From NCBI GenBank assembly GCA_963790025.1, contig CAWBMP010000005.1, forward strand, positions 352,001 to 416,000: DNA of 64,000 nt, written 5' to 3'. A program made the translations under genes and the position numbers. How positions within the stretch are numbered: position 1 is the stretch's first letter; every line of letters begins with the position of its first letter. Positions 20,466-30,020 of the stretch are shown here, piece by piece. The notes below the pieces were generated by a model, which had not been told where the DNA came from, did no database searches, and worked only from the letters and a program-made list of their open reading frames with translations. The stretch comes from Nitrospirota bacterium. GTDB taxonomy: Bacteria > Nitrospirota > Thermodesulfovibrionia > Thermodesulfovibrionales > Dissulfurispiraceae.

Positions 20466-21783
20466 TCCGGGTGTCGAAATAGAATCAATCGCCAAAGGGA
20501 GTATTGCCGAAAGGGCCGGCCTGCTTCCGGATGACAAGCTTATCGGGGTCAACAACAATAGGATCAAAGATGCAATAGACCTCATGTTTTATAGTCATGA
20601 GTCTGACCTGAATTTCACTATTGGCAGGAAGGGGGCAAGGCTTGTCATTGCCGCCTCCAGGGGCCGGAATGAAACCGGTGGACTGGGGATTGTGTTAAAA
20701 GCGTTCCACGTCAGAACATGCAGAAACAATTGCATTTTCTGTTTTGTCTCGCAGCTTCCCAAAGGAATGAGGAAGTCTCTTTATATTAAGGACGACGATT
20801 ACCGGATGTCCTTTCTCTACGGCAATTATATCACTTTGACCAACCTTTCCCCACAGGAGAAAGAAAGAATCATAACTCAGCGCCTTAGCCCTCTGTATGT
20901 TTCGGTCCACGCAACCAATACGGCGATAAGAAACAAGCTGCTCGGTACCCAGGCAAATGTAAATATTCTCAAGGACATCAAAATTTTCGCCGACAGAAAA
21001 ATACACATGCACACACAGATTGTTTTGTGTCCGGGCTATAATGACGGCAAAGTACTCGAAAAAACAATTTCCGATCTGTACCGTTTTTATCCCTACGTCC
21101 AATCGATAGCTGTTGTCCCGGTTGGCCTGACGGCTTACCGGAAAAAGCCGTTGAAACCCGTTGAACTGGACGATGCGGTAAGGGCGCTCGCTATTGTCCG
21201 CAAGTTTCAGAACAGGTTCAGGAGGAAGCACGGAGAAAACATTGTATATGGTGCCGACGAGCTGTATATCAAGGCTGGGGCTGAGTTCCCTGCCGTGGAT
21301 GATTACGGTGAGCTTCCGCAAATCGAAAACGGTATCGGCATGGTCCCTTTATTTCTGCAGCAAGCGAAAAAAGTCAGGGTCCCACAGGCCCTGCAGCAGG
21401 CGGCCGGCAGGGCGCGCAGACGCTTTATCACTTTTTCAGGAATATCTTTCCATCCTTATATCTCGGTGTATGTCAGTAAGCTTGCGAAAGCCGGCATCGA
21501 CATAGAGGCAGTTCCCGTAGAGAATACTTTTTTCGGTTCAAGTATCACTGTAACGGGGCTCCTGACCGGTCGTGATGTAATCAAGACCCTCTCCGGACTT
21601 GTGGATAAAAGTAATACAATACTCGTCCCTGATGTCGTTTTGCGTGAGGAAAGAGACATGTTTCTCGACGATATATCCCTGCATGATATAGAAGAAGTCC
21701 TGGGTGTGGCTGCAGTAGTCATCCCATCAACGCCACAGGGCGTCATTGAAGCGATTGCAGCGGAATACCGCAAGTCACTGTAA
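20455..21783 (+). CDS. PDZ/radical-SAM-like DUF512 protein
   Basis: N-terminal PDZ, CRNNCIFC, KDDDYRMSF, QIENGIG. Confidence 0.9.
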   Translation: MKGNPGVEIESIAKGSIAERAGLLPDDKLIGVNNNRIKDAIDLMFYSHESDLNFTIGRKGARLVIAASRGRNETGGLGIVLKAFHVRTCRNNCIFCFVSQLPKGMRKSLYIKDDDYRMSFLYGNYITLTNLSPQEKERIITQRLSPLYVSVHATNTAIRNKLLGTQANVNILKDIKIFADRKIHMHTQIVLCPGYNDGKVLEKTISDLYRFYPYVQSIAVVPVGLTAYRKKPLKPVELDDAVRALAIVRKFQNRFRRKHGENIVYGADELYIKAGAEFPAVDDYGELPQIENGIGMVPLFLQQAKKVRVPQALQQAAGRARRRFITFSGISFHPYISVYVSKLAKAGIDIEAVPVENTFFGSSITVTGLLTGRDVIKTLSGLVDKSNTILVPDVVLREERDMFLDDISLHDIEEVLGVAAVVIPSTPQGVIEAIAAEYRKSL

Positions 21784-21813
21784 GATTGCATGACTTTTCA
21801 ACTTGGTGTTAAC

Positions 21814-22146
21814 TCACAGCGACATCTTGTCCACAGCGTTGTGGGCCTGAATGCCGTGAATAAGTGAAGCGCCGCCTCTTACCGCAGAGGCCACATGCAA
21901 GGCCTCGGTGATATGTTCGAGACTCATCCCTTCTTCAAGGCAACTTTTTGAATATGCGTCTATGCAGTACGGACACTGAATGACATGGGCCACAGCAAGC
22001 CCGATAAGCACCTTTTCCCTCTTGCTCAAGACGCCTGGTTGCAGTGCGGCGTTGTACCAATCCATGAACTTCCTGAAGAGTTCGGGATCATATTTCCCTA
22101 TCTCGCCGAATCTTTCAAGGTCTTCATCTTTGTAATATTCCGGCAT
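21814..22146 (-). CDS. AhpD/carboxymuconolactone-decarboxylase family protein (arsenosugar-associated peroxidase-like type)
   Basis: LSKREKVLIGLAVAHVIQCPYCIDAY...RGGASLIHG; GGGAGG before ATG 22146. Confidence 0.88.
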   Translation of the reverse strand: MPEYYKDEDLERFGEIGKYDPELFRKFMDWYNAALQPGVLSKREKVLIGLAVAHVIQCPYCIDAYSKSCLEEGMSLEHITEALHVASAVRGGASLIHGIQAHNAVDKMSL

Positions 22147-22343
22147 GTAATCCCCTCCCATGCGCCTTATGAGTTTTCGGTCCTGCAAGCTCTGCCCTGA
22201 CTACTGTCAGCGGCAATCTCTTTTAAGATGAGTGTATCAAATATATAAGAAATAGCAAGATGGCACATATAGTAGGCTATAATTTATTATATAGTAGTAA
22301 GTGAGGCCGCCTCCGAAATTTCGGCAGGGCCTTTTTTAAGGAA

Positions 22344-23570
22344 GTGAGCGGTATGATGAATGGCGCGAGCTTGACCAGGACCACCGGGAATCCCGCAATT
22401 TTTGTGGGACTTGTCTATTTATTGCTGTCTGTTTCGTTGATCCTTTTGGCAGCTATTCCCCTCTATGCAGCTTATGTCAGCAATGAGAACGTCCGGCAGG
22501 TTGGCAACAGGATACTCTTTGAGTTTGACATAGACGGAGGTACGAATGAAGAGGCACATGTGAGTCTCACCCTGACTATTAATGGCAAGCAATACACCGC
22601 AGGACAACTGCACCTTGAGGGAGACTTTGGCAAGACGAAAACAGGCAAGGGCAGGAAGATATACTGGAACGTGCTTCAGGACTTTCCGGGCGGGCTCTCG
22701 TCCAATATGCATTGGGATTTGACTGTAGACAACGGCACTGCTTTTAAAGACCCCATCACCGGGATGGAGTTTGTCTTTGTCAGAGGCGGGTGTTATCAGA
22801 TGGGCAGCCCAGCCGGAGAGACCGGCAGGTCTGACGATGAGGGACCTGTACACGAGGTCTGCGTGGACGATTATTATATGGGAAAAAATAATGTGACTGT
22901 CGGCCAATTCAGTAAATTTGTTAATGAAACGGGATACAGGACCGACGCCGAAAACGACGGTGGGTGTTATGTCTGGAAAGGAAACGGATTTAAGAAAGAT
23001 AATAAGGTGACCTGGCTCAATCCCGGATTTTTACAGGATGACAAACACCCCGTAACCTGTGTTTCATGGAACGATGCAAAAGAGTTTTCAGCCTGGCTGT
23101 CGAGGAAAACCGGAAAGCGGCTCCGCTTGCCGACAGAGGCTGAATGGGAATATGCGGCACGAGGCGGAACGAGAACGAGCCGCTATTGGGGTGACATTCC
23201 CGATGAAACAGGCAGCTTTGTGAACATCGCGGATTCGACTGCAAAGAAGCAATTCGGCAATTTGACAGTCCATAACGGTGATGACGGATATTCTTATGCC
23301 TTACCTGAGGGAAGCTCCCGGCCCAATGCCTTCGGCCTCTATGACATGCTCGGTAATCTTTGGCAGTGGACGCAGGACTGGTATGACATAAACGGCTATA
23401 GGAATAGTCCGCGTTATAATCCACAGGGACCGAGTTTGGGCGATAAACGTGTGTTGCGTGGCGGCAGTTGGGGCTACTACCCGCGGTACGCTCGTTCTGC
23501 CCTCCGCTTTTACGCCGAGCCTGGCTACCGTCGCCGACATATCGGTTTCCGACTCCTCATGACTCCCTGA
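22344..23570 (+). CDS. Secreted FGE-sulfatase (SUMF1/CLec-fold) domain protein
   Basis: Signal-like N-terminus; MEFVFVRGG.YQMG, RLPTEAEWEYAARGG, NAFGLYDMLGN, RVLRGGSW...GFRL; start uncertain. Confidence 0.88.
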   Translation: MSGMMNGASLTRTTGNPAIFVGLVYLLLSVSLILLAAIPLYAAYVSNENVRQVGNRILFEFDIDGGTNEEAHVSLTLTINGKQYTAGQLHLEGDFGKTKTGKGRKIYWNVLQDFPGGLSSNMHWDLTVDNGTAFKDPITGMEFVFVRGGCYQMGSPAGETGRSDDEGPVHEVCVDDYYMGKNNVTVGQFSKFVNETGYRTDAENDGGCYVWKGNGFKKDNKVTWLNPGFLQDDKHPVTCVSWNDAKEFSAWLSRKTGKRLRLPTEAEWEYAARGGTRTSRYWGDIPDETGSFVNIADSTAKKQFGNLTVHNGDDGYSYALPEGSSRPNAFGLYDMLGNLWQWTQDWYDINGYRNSPRYNPQGPSLGDKRVLRGGSWGYYPRYARSALRFYAEPGYRRRHIGFRLLMTP

Positions 23571-23702
23571 ACATCATACGTCACCTGCCGGAAGATCAGC
23601 GATGGAGAGCGGACGGCTATCTCTGAGATCAAAATAATCTGTTACTTCTGAAGAGTTGATGAAATGAAAGGCTCCCAAGGTGTACTATACGCTAGGATTA
23701 GT

Positions 23703-24095
23703 ATGGATGATTATCTAAAGGATAGAATATTCGAGCGGATGAGAGAGGGAGCTCTTGATGAGGTCATTGATATGTTCAAACGTGACGAGAGACTTCATCC
23801 TCTGATTATCGATATGATACGGGATGAAAGCATGCGCATCAGGGCAGGAGGCGCTGCAATTGTCGAAGAGTTAATGAAGGAGCACAAAGAGGAGATGGTC
23901 AGGCTTATTCCGATGATTGCAGGACTCTTGAAAAGCGCAAGTCCCATGATTCGCGGGGATGGCGCATACCTGCTTGGATTGGTAAAGCATAGGGAGGCAC
24001 TCCCTTTTCTTAGGGAAGTCGCAGACGACAATCACCAGTACGCAAGAGAAATAATCAGGGAGACAATTGACGAGATTGAAGATTCTTCCCAATGA
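23703..24095 (+). CDS. HEAT-repeat protein
   Basis: PMIRGDGAYLLG...ALPFL helical repeats. Confidence 0.7.
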   Translation: MDDYLKDRIFERMREGALDEVIDMFKRDERLHPLIIDMIRDESMRIRAGGAAIVEELMKEHKEEMVRLIPMIAGLLKSASPMIRGDGAYLLGLVKHREALPFLREVADDNHQYAREIIRETIDEIEDSSQ

Positions 24096-24347
24096 CGCCA
24101 TCCTTTGTGCAGCTTGCTTCTATATGTATACTCCTTAAAATGATTTTGAGATAGCTTTTAATATTCAGTAGACCTATAAGGTTTGTGTTTCGGAACTTGT
24201 GGTCCTTTAGGCATGATTCAGAGTAGCACATCCAGCGAACCTTATCAATAGCTCTGAGATTCAAAGTGAGACACTACCGTATAATACGTTGCCTTGAGTT
24301 TTTGGGCGGCTATCGGTTAAGGTCAAATAATGAGTGCAGGAGGAATA

Positions 24348-25187
24348 ATGCATATAAGCGGAAAAACCAAAATAATGGCCCTTTTCGGCTATCCCGTGGA
24401 ACATAGCTTCTCACCTGCCATGCATAATGCTGCTTTTGATCATCTCGGCATGGATTATTGTTACGTAACGTTTTCGGTAAAGCCCGATCTCCTGCGGGAA
24501 GCGGTAGAGGCAATTCGCGCGCTGGACCTTAGAGGAGTCAATATAACTGTTCCCCACAAAGAGAAGGTGATCCCATTTCTTGATTCGGTGCGTGAAGAGG
24601 CTTCATTTATTGGCGCGGTCAATACAATCAGAAACGACGGCGGCATGCTGACTGGCTATAACACCGACGGCAGGGGGTTCATGCAGTCATTATCAGAGGC
24701 AGGCATCGATGTTTCGGGCAAGAAAATTATTATTGTGGGTGCGGGAGGCGCAGCACGCGCAATTGGTTATTATCTTTGCAAAGTCGCCTCTGAGGTATGT
24801 CTTTATGACGCTGTTACTGAAAAAGCGGAAGAGCTGGCGCACCATCTCAACACTCTGAATGGCAATGCCTCCGCAATTGACGGCGCAACGTTCAAAGAAG
24901 GCCGGATTCTTTCGGGGATGGACATTATTATCAATGCCACAGCTCTCGGGCTTAATCCTGATGATCCTGTTCCCGTCGACCTCTCGCTGCTCAATAAGGG
25001 CCATACAGTGTGCGATCTCATTTACAAAGAGACCCCGCTGCTCCGTCAGGCATCGGCAAGTGGATGCAAAACAGTTAACGGCCTCGGTATGTTGCTGTGG
25101 CAGGGGATTTTTGCTTTCGAACTCTGGACAGGAAAGATGCCTCCTGTTGAGGTAATGCGATCCGCGTTAAACATAGCTAAGAGCTGA
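24348..25187 (+). CDS. aroE: Shikimate dehydrogenase
   Basis: GYPVEHSFSPAMHN, NITVPHKE, GYNTDG, GAGGAARA; GGAGG before ATG 24348. Confidence 0.96.
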   Translation: MHISGKTKIMALFGYPVEHSFSPAMHNAAFDHLGMDYCYVTFSVKPDLLREAVEAIRALDLRGVNITVPHKEKVIPFLDSVREEASFIGAVNTIRNDGGMLTGYNTDGRGFMQSLSEAGIDVSGKKIIIVGAGGAARAIGYYLCKVASEVCLYDAVTEKAEELAHHLNTLNGNASAIDGATFKEGRILSGMDIIINATALGLNPDDPVPVDLSLLNKGHTVCDLIYKETPLLRQASASGCKTVNGLGMLLWQGIFAFELWTGKMPPVEVMRSALNIAKS

Positions 25188-25256
25188 TTGCTAAGTGTGA
25201 CTAGCGAAGGAATATCTTTTTTTGGCTCTTGGCTCTCGACTTTTGGCTCTTAGCTA
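25174..25256. repeat. Tandem-heptamer palindrome (TAGCTAA/GAGCCAA units)
   Basis: TAGCTAA GAGCTGA TTGCTAA ... TTGGCTC TTGGCTC TCGACTT TTGGCTC TTAGCTA. Confidence 0.75.
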
Positions 25257-25297
25257 ATTTGTGCGCAGACCCTAAGGTGTGTTAAAATTTTACGTGT

Positions 25298-25810
25298 ATG
25301 AAAAAGATGCTATTTCTGGTTGTTTTTATATGTTTTTCAATAGTCATCATATTGTTTTCAAACAGAGAAGGAAGCTTTAATACTAAAGTGAATTTGTCTG
25401 AAAACTCTTTTATGGATGATGTCCATATTATCCAGAGGAAGGAAGGCGTAGTTAAATGGACCCTGGGTTCGAAAAAGGCGATTTTTCTTAACGAAAACGA
25501 TGTAAAGCTGAATGGGCTGAAGATAACTTTTCCGGAAAAGGGGCTTACCCTGAACTCTGAGGGGGGCATGTACGATATCGAAAAAAGAAATCTGAAAATT
25601 GAAGGTCGTATCAAGGCGTCAACCAAGGATTATGATATACTGACCGACAAACTTTTTTGGGATGCTTCGAAGAATGAACTCTCTACTGACCAAAGGGTGC
25701 GGATAATAGGCAAGAGGTTTTATGTGGAAGGTGACGACCTGGTTTCAACTAATGACGTGGCAAAACTAAATAAAAATGTGAAGGCGATATTTTATTATGA
25801 AAGAAAATAG
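25298..25810 (+). CDS. lptC: LPS export protein LptC
   Basis: Single TM plus beta-jellyroll; upstream of lptA/lptB. Confidence 0.85.
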   Translation: MKKMLFLVVFICFSIVIILFSNREGSFNTKVNLSENSFMDDVHIIQRKEGVVKWTLGSKKAIFLNENDVKLNGLKITFPEKGLTLNSEGGMYDIEKRNLKIEGRIKASTKDYDILTDKLFWDASKNELSTDQRVRIIGKRFYVEGDDLVSTNDVAKLNKNVKAIFYYERK

Positions 25811-26312
25811 CAGGATGGCAGGAGTTGTGGTGGTCTTTTTCTTTGTGGCAGCTTTGTGCACAACATTGGTTTTTGCCGAAGAAAAGAAGAATGTTGAAGA
25901 AAAAAAGAACATTAGGGAGCCGATAGTTGTCACGTCGCAGACAATGACGACGGACCAAAAGGCGAAAACCGCTCTCTTTGAAGGAAATGTGGTGGCGAAA
26001 AAAGGTGATCGGACGATGTATGCGGACAAGATGCTTGTTTACTATTCTGAAGAAAAAGGCAGCAGTAACGTTAAGAAGATCGAAGCCGAGGGCAATGTCA
26101 AATTGATAAGGGGTGACAGAATCATTACTTCAAAGTTTGCGACCTACTTTTCCGAGCCTGAGGAGTATTCCGTATTTACCGGTGAGCCCCGGGCATCGCA
26201 AGGCGAAAATGTTGTAATAGGGACCAAAATTACGTATTTTATGAAAGATGATCACTCGATCGTTGAAAACAGCAAGGTCTTTATTGTTAATAAGGACAGA
26301 CAAAAACAATAG
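25797..26312 (+). CDS. lptA: LPS transport protein LptA (OstA family)
   Basis: Signal peptide, FEGNVVA, AEGNV, TGEP. Confidence 0.9.
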   Translation: MKENSRMAGVVVVFFFVAALCTTLVFAEEKKNVEEKKNIREPIVVTSQTMTTDQKAKTALFEGNVVAKKGDRTMYADKMLVYYSEEKGSSNVKKIEAEGNVKLIRGDRIITSKFATYFSEPEEYSVFTGEPRASQGENVVIGTKITYFMKDDHSIVENSKVFIVNKDRQKQ

Positions 26313-26417
26313 GCGATAGGCTATGGGAAAAGAAAATATAAACAAAGTCAACATAAACCAGGGCAATCGGCGATGCCTGATTTTTCCTGCAGCCTGTAGC
26401 CTATAGCATATTGCCTG
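26310..26417. repeat. Tandem-heptamer palindrome (TAGGCTA-type units)
   Basis: TAGGCGA TAGGCTA TGGGAAA ... CAGCCTG TAGCCTA TAGCATA TTGCCTG. Confidence 0.7.
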
Positions 26418-26422
26418 ATTTT

Positions 26423-27160
26423 ATGCATATTCTTGAAATAAGGGACCTTGCAAAGGCGTACGGGAAGAGATACGTTGTTAAAGATATTAATATCTCAGTC
26501 AGTACGGGTGAAATTGTTGGGCTTCTGGGCCCCAACGGCGCCGGCAAGACTACAACTTTTTATATGGTTGTTGGTATGATACACCCGGAGCAGGGCAGTA
26601 TCATGCTTGACGGCGAAGATATACAGGGATTGCCGATGTATAAGAGAGCAAAAAAGGGAATGGGTTACCTGCCGCAGGAGCCTTCAATATTCAGAAAGCT
26701 GAGTGTGCGAGATAATTTGAGGGCTGTTCTGGAAATCAAGGGCTTGGGCTTAAATGGCTGGTCAAAGGCATCGATGGACGAGGAAGTCGAAACTCTGCTT
26801 GGGGAGTTTAACCTGAAAGAATTTGCCGACAGGGACGGTTATCGATTGTCCGGCGGAGAGCGCCGCCGTGCCGAAATTGCAAGGGCCATAGCATTGCGTC
26901 CCACATTCATGCTTTTTGATGAGCCCTTTGCAGGTATCGACCCTATAGCAATAATTGAATTGAAGAAGATGCTCAACTATTTGAAATCAAAGCAGCTTGG
27001 GATATTGATCACAGACCACAACGTGAGAGAAACTCTGTCTATAACCGACAGGGCATATATAATAAACAACGGGTCGATTCTGGCGGAAGGGATGCCGGAT
27101 GACCTTATTAATAACCCGGCTGTCAAGGAAGCGTATCTCGGGGAGGAATTCAGACTCTAA
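26423..27160 (+). CDS. lptB: LPS export ABC ATPase
   Basis: GPNGAGKTTTF, YLPQEPSIF, LSGGERRR, DHNVRETL. Confidence 0.97.
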   Translation: MHILEIRDLAKAYGKRYVVKDINISVSTGEIVGLLGPNGAGKTTTFYMVVGMIHPEQGSIMLDGEDIQGLPMYKRAKKGMGYLPQEPSIFRKLSVRDNLRAVLEIKGLGLNGWSKASMDEEVETLLGEFNLKEFADRDGYRLSGGERRRAEIARAIALRPTFMLFDEPFAGIDPIAIIELKKMLNYLKSKQLGILITDHNVRETLSITDRAYIINNGSILAEGMPDDLINNPAVKEAYLGEEFRL

Positions 27161-28605
27161 TGGCCCTGGAAAACAGACTGGATTTGAGGCTTTCGCAGAA
27201 GCTTATCCTTACTCCCCAACTGCAACAGGCTATAAAACTCCTCCAGATGCCGCAGCTTGAGCTGACCCAGGTATTGAACCAGGAGCTGGTCGATAATCCT
27301 TTTCTTGAGGAGTCATTTGAAGAGCCGGATGCAGAACAGTATCCTGAAGAAGGGCCGCCGGTTGCAACTCCTGATGTCGGCCCTGATACGGAGATCTCTT
27401 TTGAGAACATTACCAACTTTACTGTAGACGATTATTTTGATGAGCGGAGCAGTGACGGAAGGGACCTGGGCTATTTCTCTCCCGGCATCGATGAGCAGCC
27501 CTCGTATGAACTTTTTTATTCTAAAAAACCCGACCTTTACGACCACTTGCTGTGGCAGCTCAGGCTGAGCAATGCAGATGACAACATCAGAAAGGTGGCT
27601 GAGGCGGTAATAGGCAACATCGATGAAGACGGCTACCTCAGGGCTTCAGAGGAAGAGCTGGCTTCAACACTGGATACGGACAGCGATACGGTTGATACAG
27701 TCAGGGCCGCTATTCTACTGGTACACAGCTTTGATCCGCCAGGCGTCGGTGCAAGAGACCTCAAAGAGTGCCTGCTGTTGCAGCTTAATGCCCTTAATCT
27801 TGGAGAGACGCTCGTTGGAACGATTGTAGGCAACAACATGCAAGATCTGGAACGGAAAAAATACGGCAATCTGGCAAAGCTGTATAACGTGACGCTGGAT
27901 GACGTCATGGCTGCCGTAAAAATAATCGAGGGTCTCGAACCCCGGCCCGGCAGGAGTTATTCGAGTACTGAGACCAACTACGTTGTGCCGGATGTTTATA
28001 TCAGCAAAACGGATGACGGCTATCAGATAGTTCTGAATGATGAGGGAATGCCGAGATTGAGCCTCAATAACGGCTATCGCAAGCTTCTTTTGAGAAAAGA
28101 TATGCTTACAAGGGAAGAACGGGAATTTCTGAAAGAGAAGCTCAAAAGGGCCACAGAGTTGATAAAGAGCCTTGACCAGAGGAATAAGACCATTTACAAA
28201 GTTTCAGCAAGCATCCTGAAGTTCCAGATTGATTTTTTTGACAGGGGGATACAGTTTTTAAAACCGTTGAACCTTAAAGACGTTGCTAACGACATAGGTA
28301 TGCATGAAAGCACTATCAGCAGAGTCACCTCCAATAAATTCCTCGCCTGCGATCACGGGGTATATAGTTTCAGGTTCTTTTTCAGCAGTGCGATACAGTC
28401 GGGGGCCGGCGACGTTTCTTCCACTCTTGTAAAAGATTTGATCCGGAAGGTCATCATCGAGGAGAACGCGGGGCGGCCTTTTAGTGATCAAATGATAGTC
28501 GATAAACTGAAAGAACAGAATATAAGCATCGCACGCAGAACTGTCGCAAAATACAGGGAGGAGCTGAAGATCCCCCCGCAGAACCATAGAAAAAGGGTTG
28601 AATAA
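27160..28605 (+). CDS. rpoN: RNA polymerase sigma-54 factor
   Basis: LTPQLQQAIKLLQ, HESTISR, RpoN box ARRTVAKYRE. Confidence 0.98.
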   Translation: MALENRLDLRLSQKLILTPQLQQAIKLLQMPQLELTQVLNQELVDNPFLEESFEEPDAEQYPEEGPPVATPDVGPDTEISFENITNFTVDDYFDERSSDGRDLGYFSPGIDEQPSYELFYSKKPDLYDHLLWQLRLSNADDNIRKVAEAVIGNIDEDGYLRASEEELASTLDTDSDTVDTVRAAILLVHSFDPPGVGARDLKECLLLQLNALNLGETLVGTIVGNNMQDLERKKYGNLAKLYNVTLDDVMAAVKIIEGLEPRPGRSYSSTETNYVVPDVYISKTDDGYQIVLNDEGMPRLSLNNGYRKLLLRKDMLTREEREFLKEKLKRATELIKSLDQRNKTIYKVSASILKFQIDFFDRGIQFLKPLNLKDVANDIGMHESTISRVTSNKFLACDHGVYSFRFFFSSAIQSGAGDVSSTLVKDLIRKVIIEENAGRPFSDQMIVDKLKEQNISIARRTVAKYREELKIPPQNHRKRVE

Positions 28606-28625
28606 CAATTAAAGGAGGAAGAACC

Positions 28626-29144
28626 ATGAATGTCATCATAAATGGCCGTCATCTTGAGGTAACACCTGCATTAAGAAGTTATGCAGAGGAGAAAATCGGG
28701 AGGTTCGATAAGTATCTGTCTAATATTACCGAGGCGGTAGTGACCCTTAGTGTGGACAAGTTCAGACATAAGGCGGAAGTGCTTTTGAAAGTCAACGGTG
28801 TAAAAATCCAGGCTGAGGGAAAGACGGAAGAGGTATACTCTGCTATCGATCAGGTAGTGGATAAGCTCGAAAAGCAGGTCATCAAGTATAAAGAAAAGCA
28901 GCATGATTACCGCAAAGGTGAAAAGAGGACAGTGGAGACGCACGCGGCCGGAAGAGTGGAGCCGGAAACAATAATAAAACGCAAGCAGTTTACAATGAAG
29001 CCGATGAGTTCCGAAGAAGCGGTCAACCAGATGGAACTTCTCGATAAGGACTTTTTTATTTTTACGAACGAAAGAAGCGGTGACATCAATGTCGTTTATC
29101 GCCGTAACGACGGTAATTATGGATTGATAGAACCAGCAAAATAG
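28626..29144 (+). CDS. hpf: Ribosome hibernation promoting factor (long HPF)
   Basis: GRHLEVTPALRSY, YSAID, C-terminal EEAVNQMELL...VYRR.DG.YGLI. Confidence 0.95.
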   Translation: MNVIINGRHLEVTPALRSYAEEKIGRFDKYLSNITEAVVTLSVDKFRHKAEVLLKVNGVKIQAEGKTEEVYSAIDQVVDKLEKQVIKYKEKQHDYRKGEKRTVETHAAGRVEPETIIKRKQFTMKPMSSEEAVNQMELLDKDFFIFTNERSGDINVVYRRNDGNYGLIEPAK

Positions 29145-30020
29145 ATGGAGACCTCCCCTATCGAGGTCATCATTGTAAGCGGGCTTTCGGGGGCCGGCAA
29201 AACCGTTGCCCTGAGGGCACTCGAGGATGCAGGCTATTTCTGCACCGACAATCTTCCCCTGTCACTCATAGAGCCTTTTCTGTCCAAAATCAGGATGGGA
29301 GAAAACATCACCAAGATCGGCATAGGCGTTGATATCAGGGAATACTTATTCCTTTCCGATTCATATAGTGACCTTGCAGCGCTGAAAAGCCGGTACAATA
29401 TCAGCATATTGTTTCTCGACGCGGAAGATGAAGTCATGGTCCGCCGCTTCAAAGAAACCAGGCGGCCACATCCGATGGTACCCATCAGCGGCGAGATGAA
29501 TCTCGAAAAGGCCATAGAAAAGGAACGCAAGCTCCTTTCAGTCATCAGGGACGCGGCTGATACAGTGCTGGACACATCCAACTTAACGCCGCATCAGTTG
29601 CGGGGACTGATCAGTTCGAGATATGGGGCCGGAGAATCCGCAGCAGGACTTAAAGTCACCATGATCTCTTTCGGTTTTAAGCTCGGGGAGCCGAAGAATC
29701 TGGACCTCCTCTTCGATGTGAGATTTCTTCCTAATCCCTATTTTATTGTCGATCTCAAGCCACTTAAAGGCACTGACGCTGCCGTCGCCAATTTTGTTCT
29801 GAAGCAGGATGAGACCCGGGAATTTATCGCACGTGTGAGCGCATTATTTGATTTCCTTTTGCCTTCCTATATTAAAGAGGGGAAGTCTTATCTGATTATA
29901 GGAATAGGCTGCACTGGCGGCAGGCACCGCTCTCCTGCCATTGTTGAAGAGCTGGCAAAGTTAATTAAGTCAAAGCATGACATTGCAGTGGATATAGTGC
30001 ATCGGGACATCGACTCCTGA
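29145..30020 (+). CDS. rapZ: RNase adapter RapZ
   Basis: GLSGAGKT, RRFKETRRPHP, DVRFLPNP, GCTGGRHRS. Confidence 0.96.
   Translation: METSPIEVIIVSGLSGAGKTVALRALEDAGYFCTDNLPLSLIEPFLSKIRMGENITKIGIGVDIREYLFLSDSYSDLAALKSRYNISILFLDAEDEVMVRRFKETRRPHPMVPISGEMNLEKAIEKERKLLSVIRDAADTVLDTSNLTPHQLRGLISSRYGAGESAAGLKVTMISFGFKLGEPKNLDLLFDVRFLPNPYFIVDLKPLKGTDAAVANFVLKQDETREFIARVSALFDFLLPSYIKEGKSYLIIGIGCTGGRHRSPAIVEELAKLIKSKHDIAVDIVHRDIDS

Noticed and set aside
22150..22230. Possible remnant of an arsS C-terminus upstream of the AhpD-like gene
   Set aside because: Similarity (SSQGRAC) is too short and broken to support.
23621..24265. CTCTGAGAT(T)CAAA direct repeat flanking the HEAT-repeat gene
   Set aside because: About 13 bp with an indel; could be chance, and there is no mobility gene.
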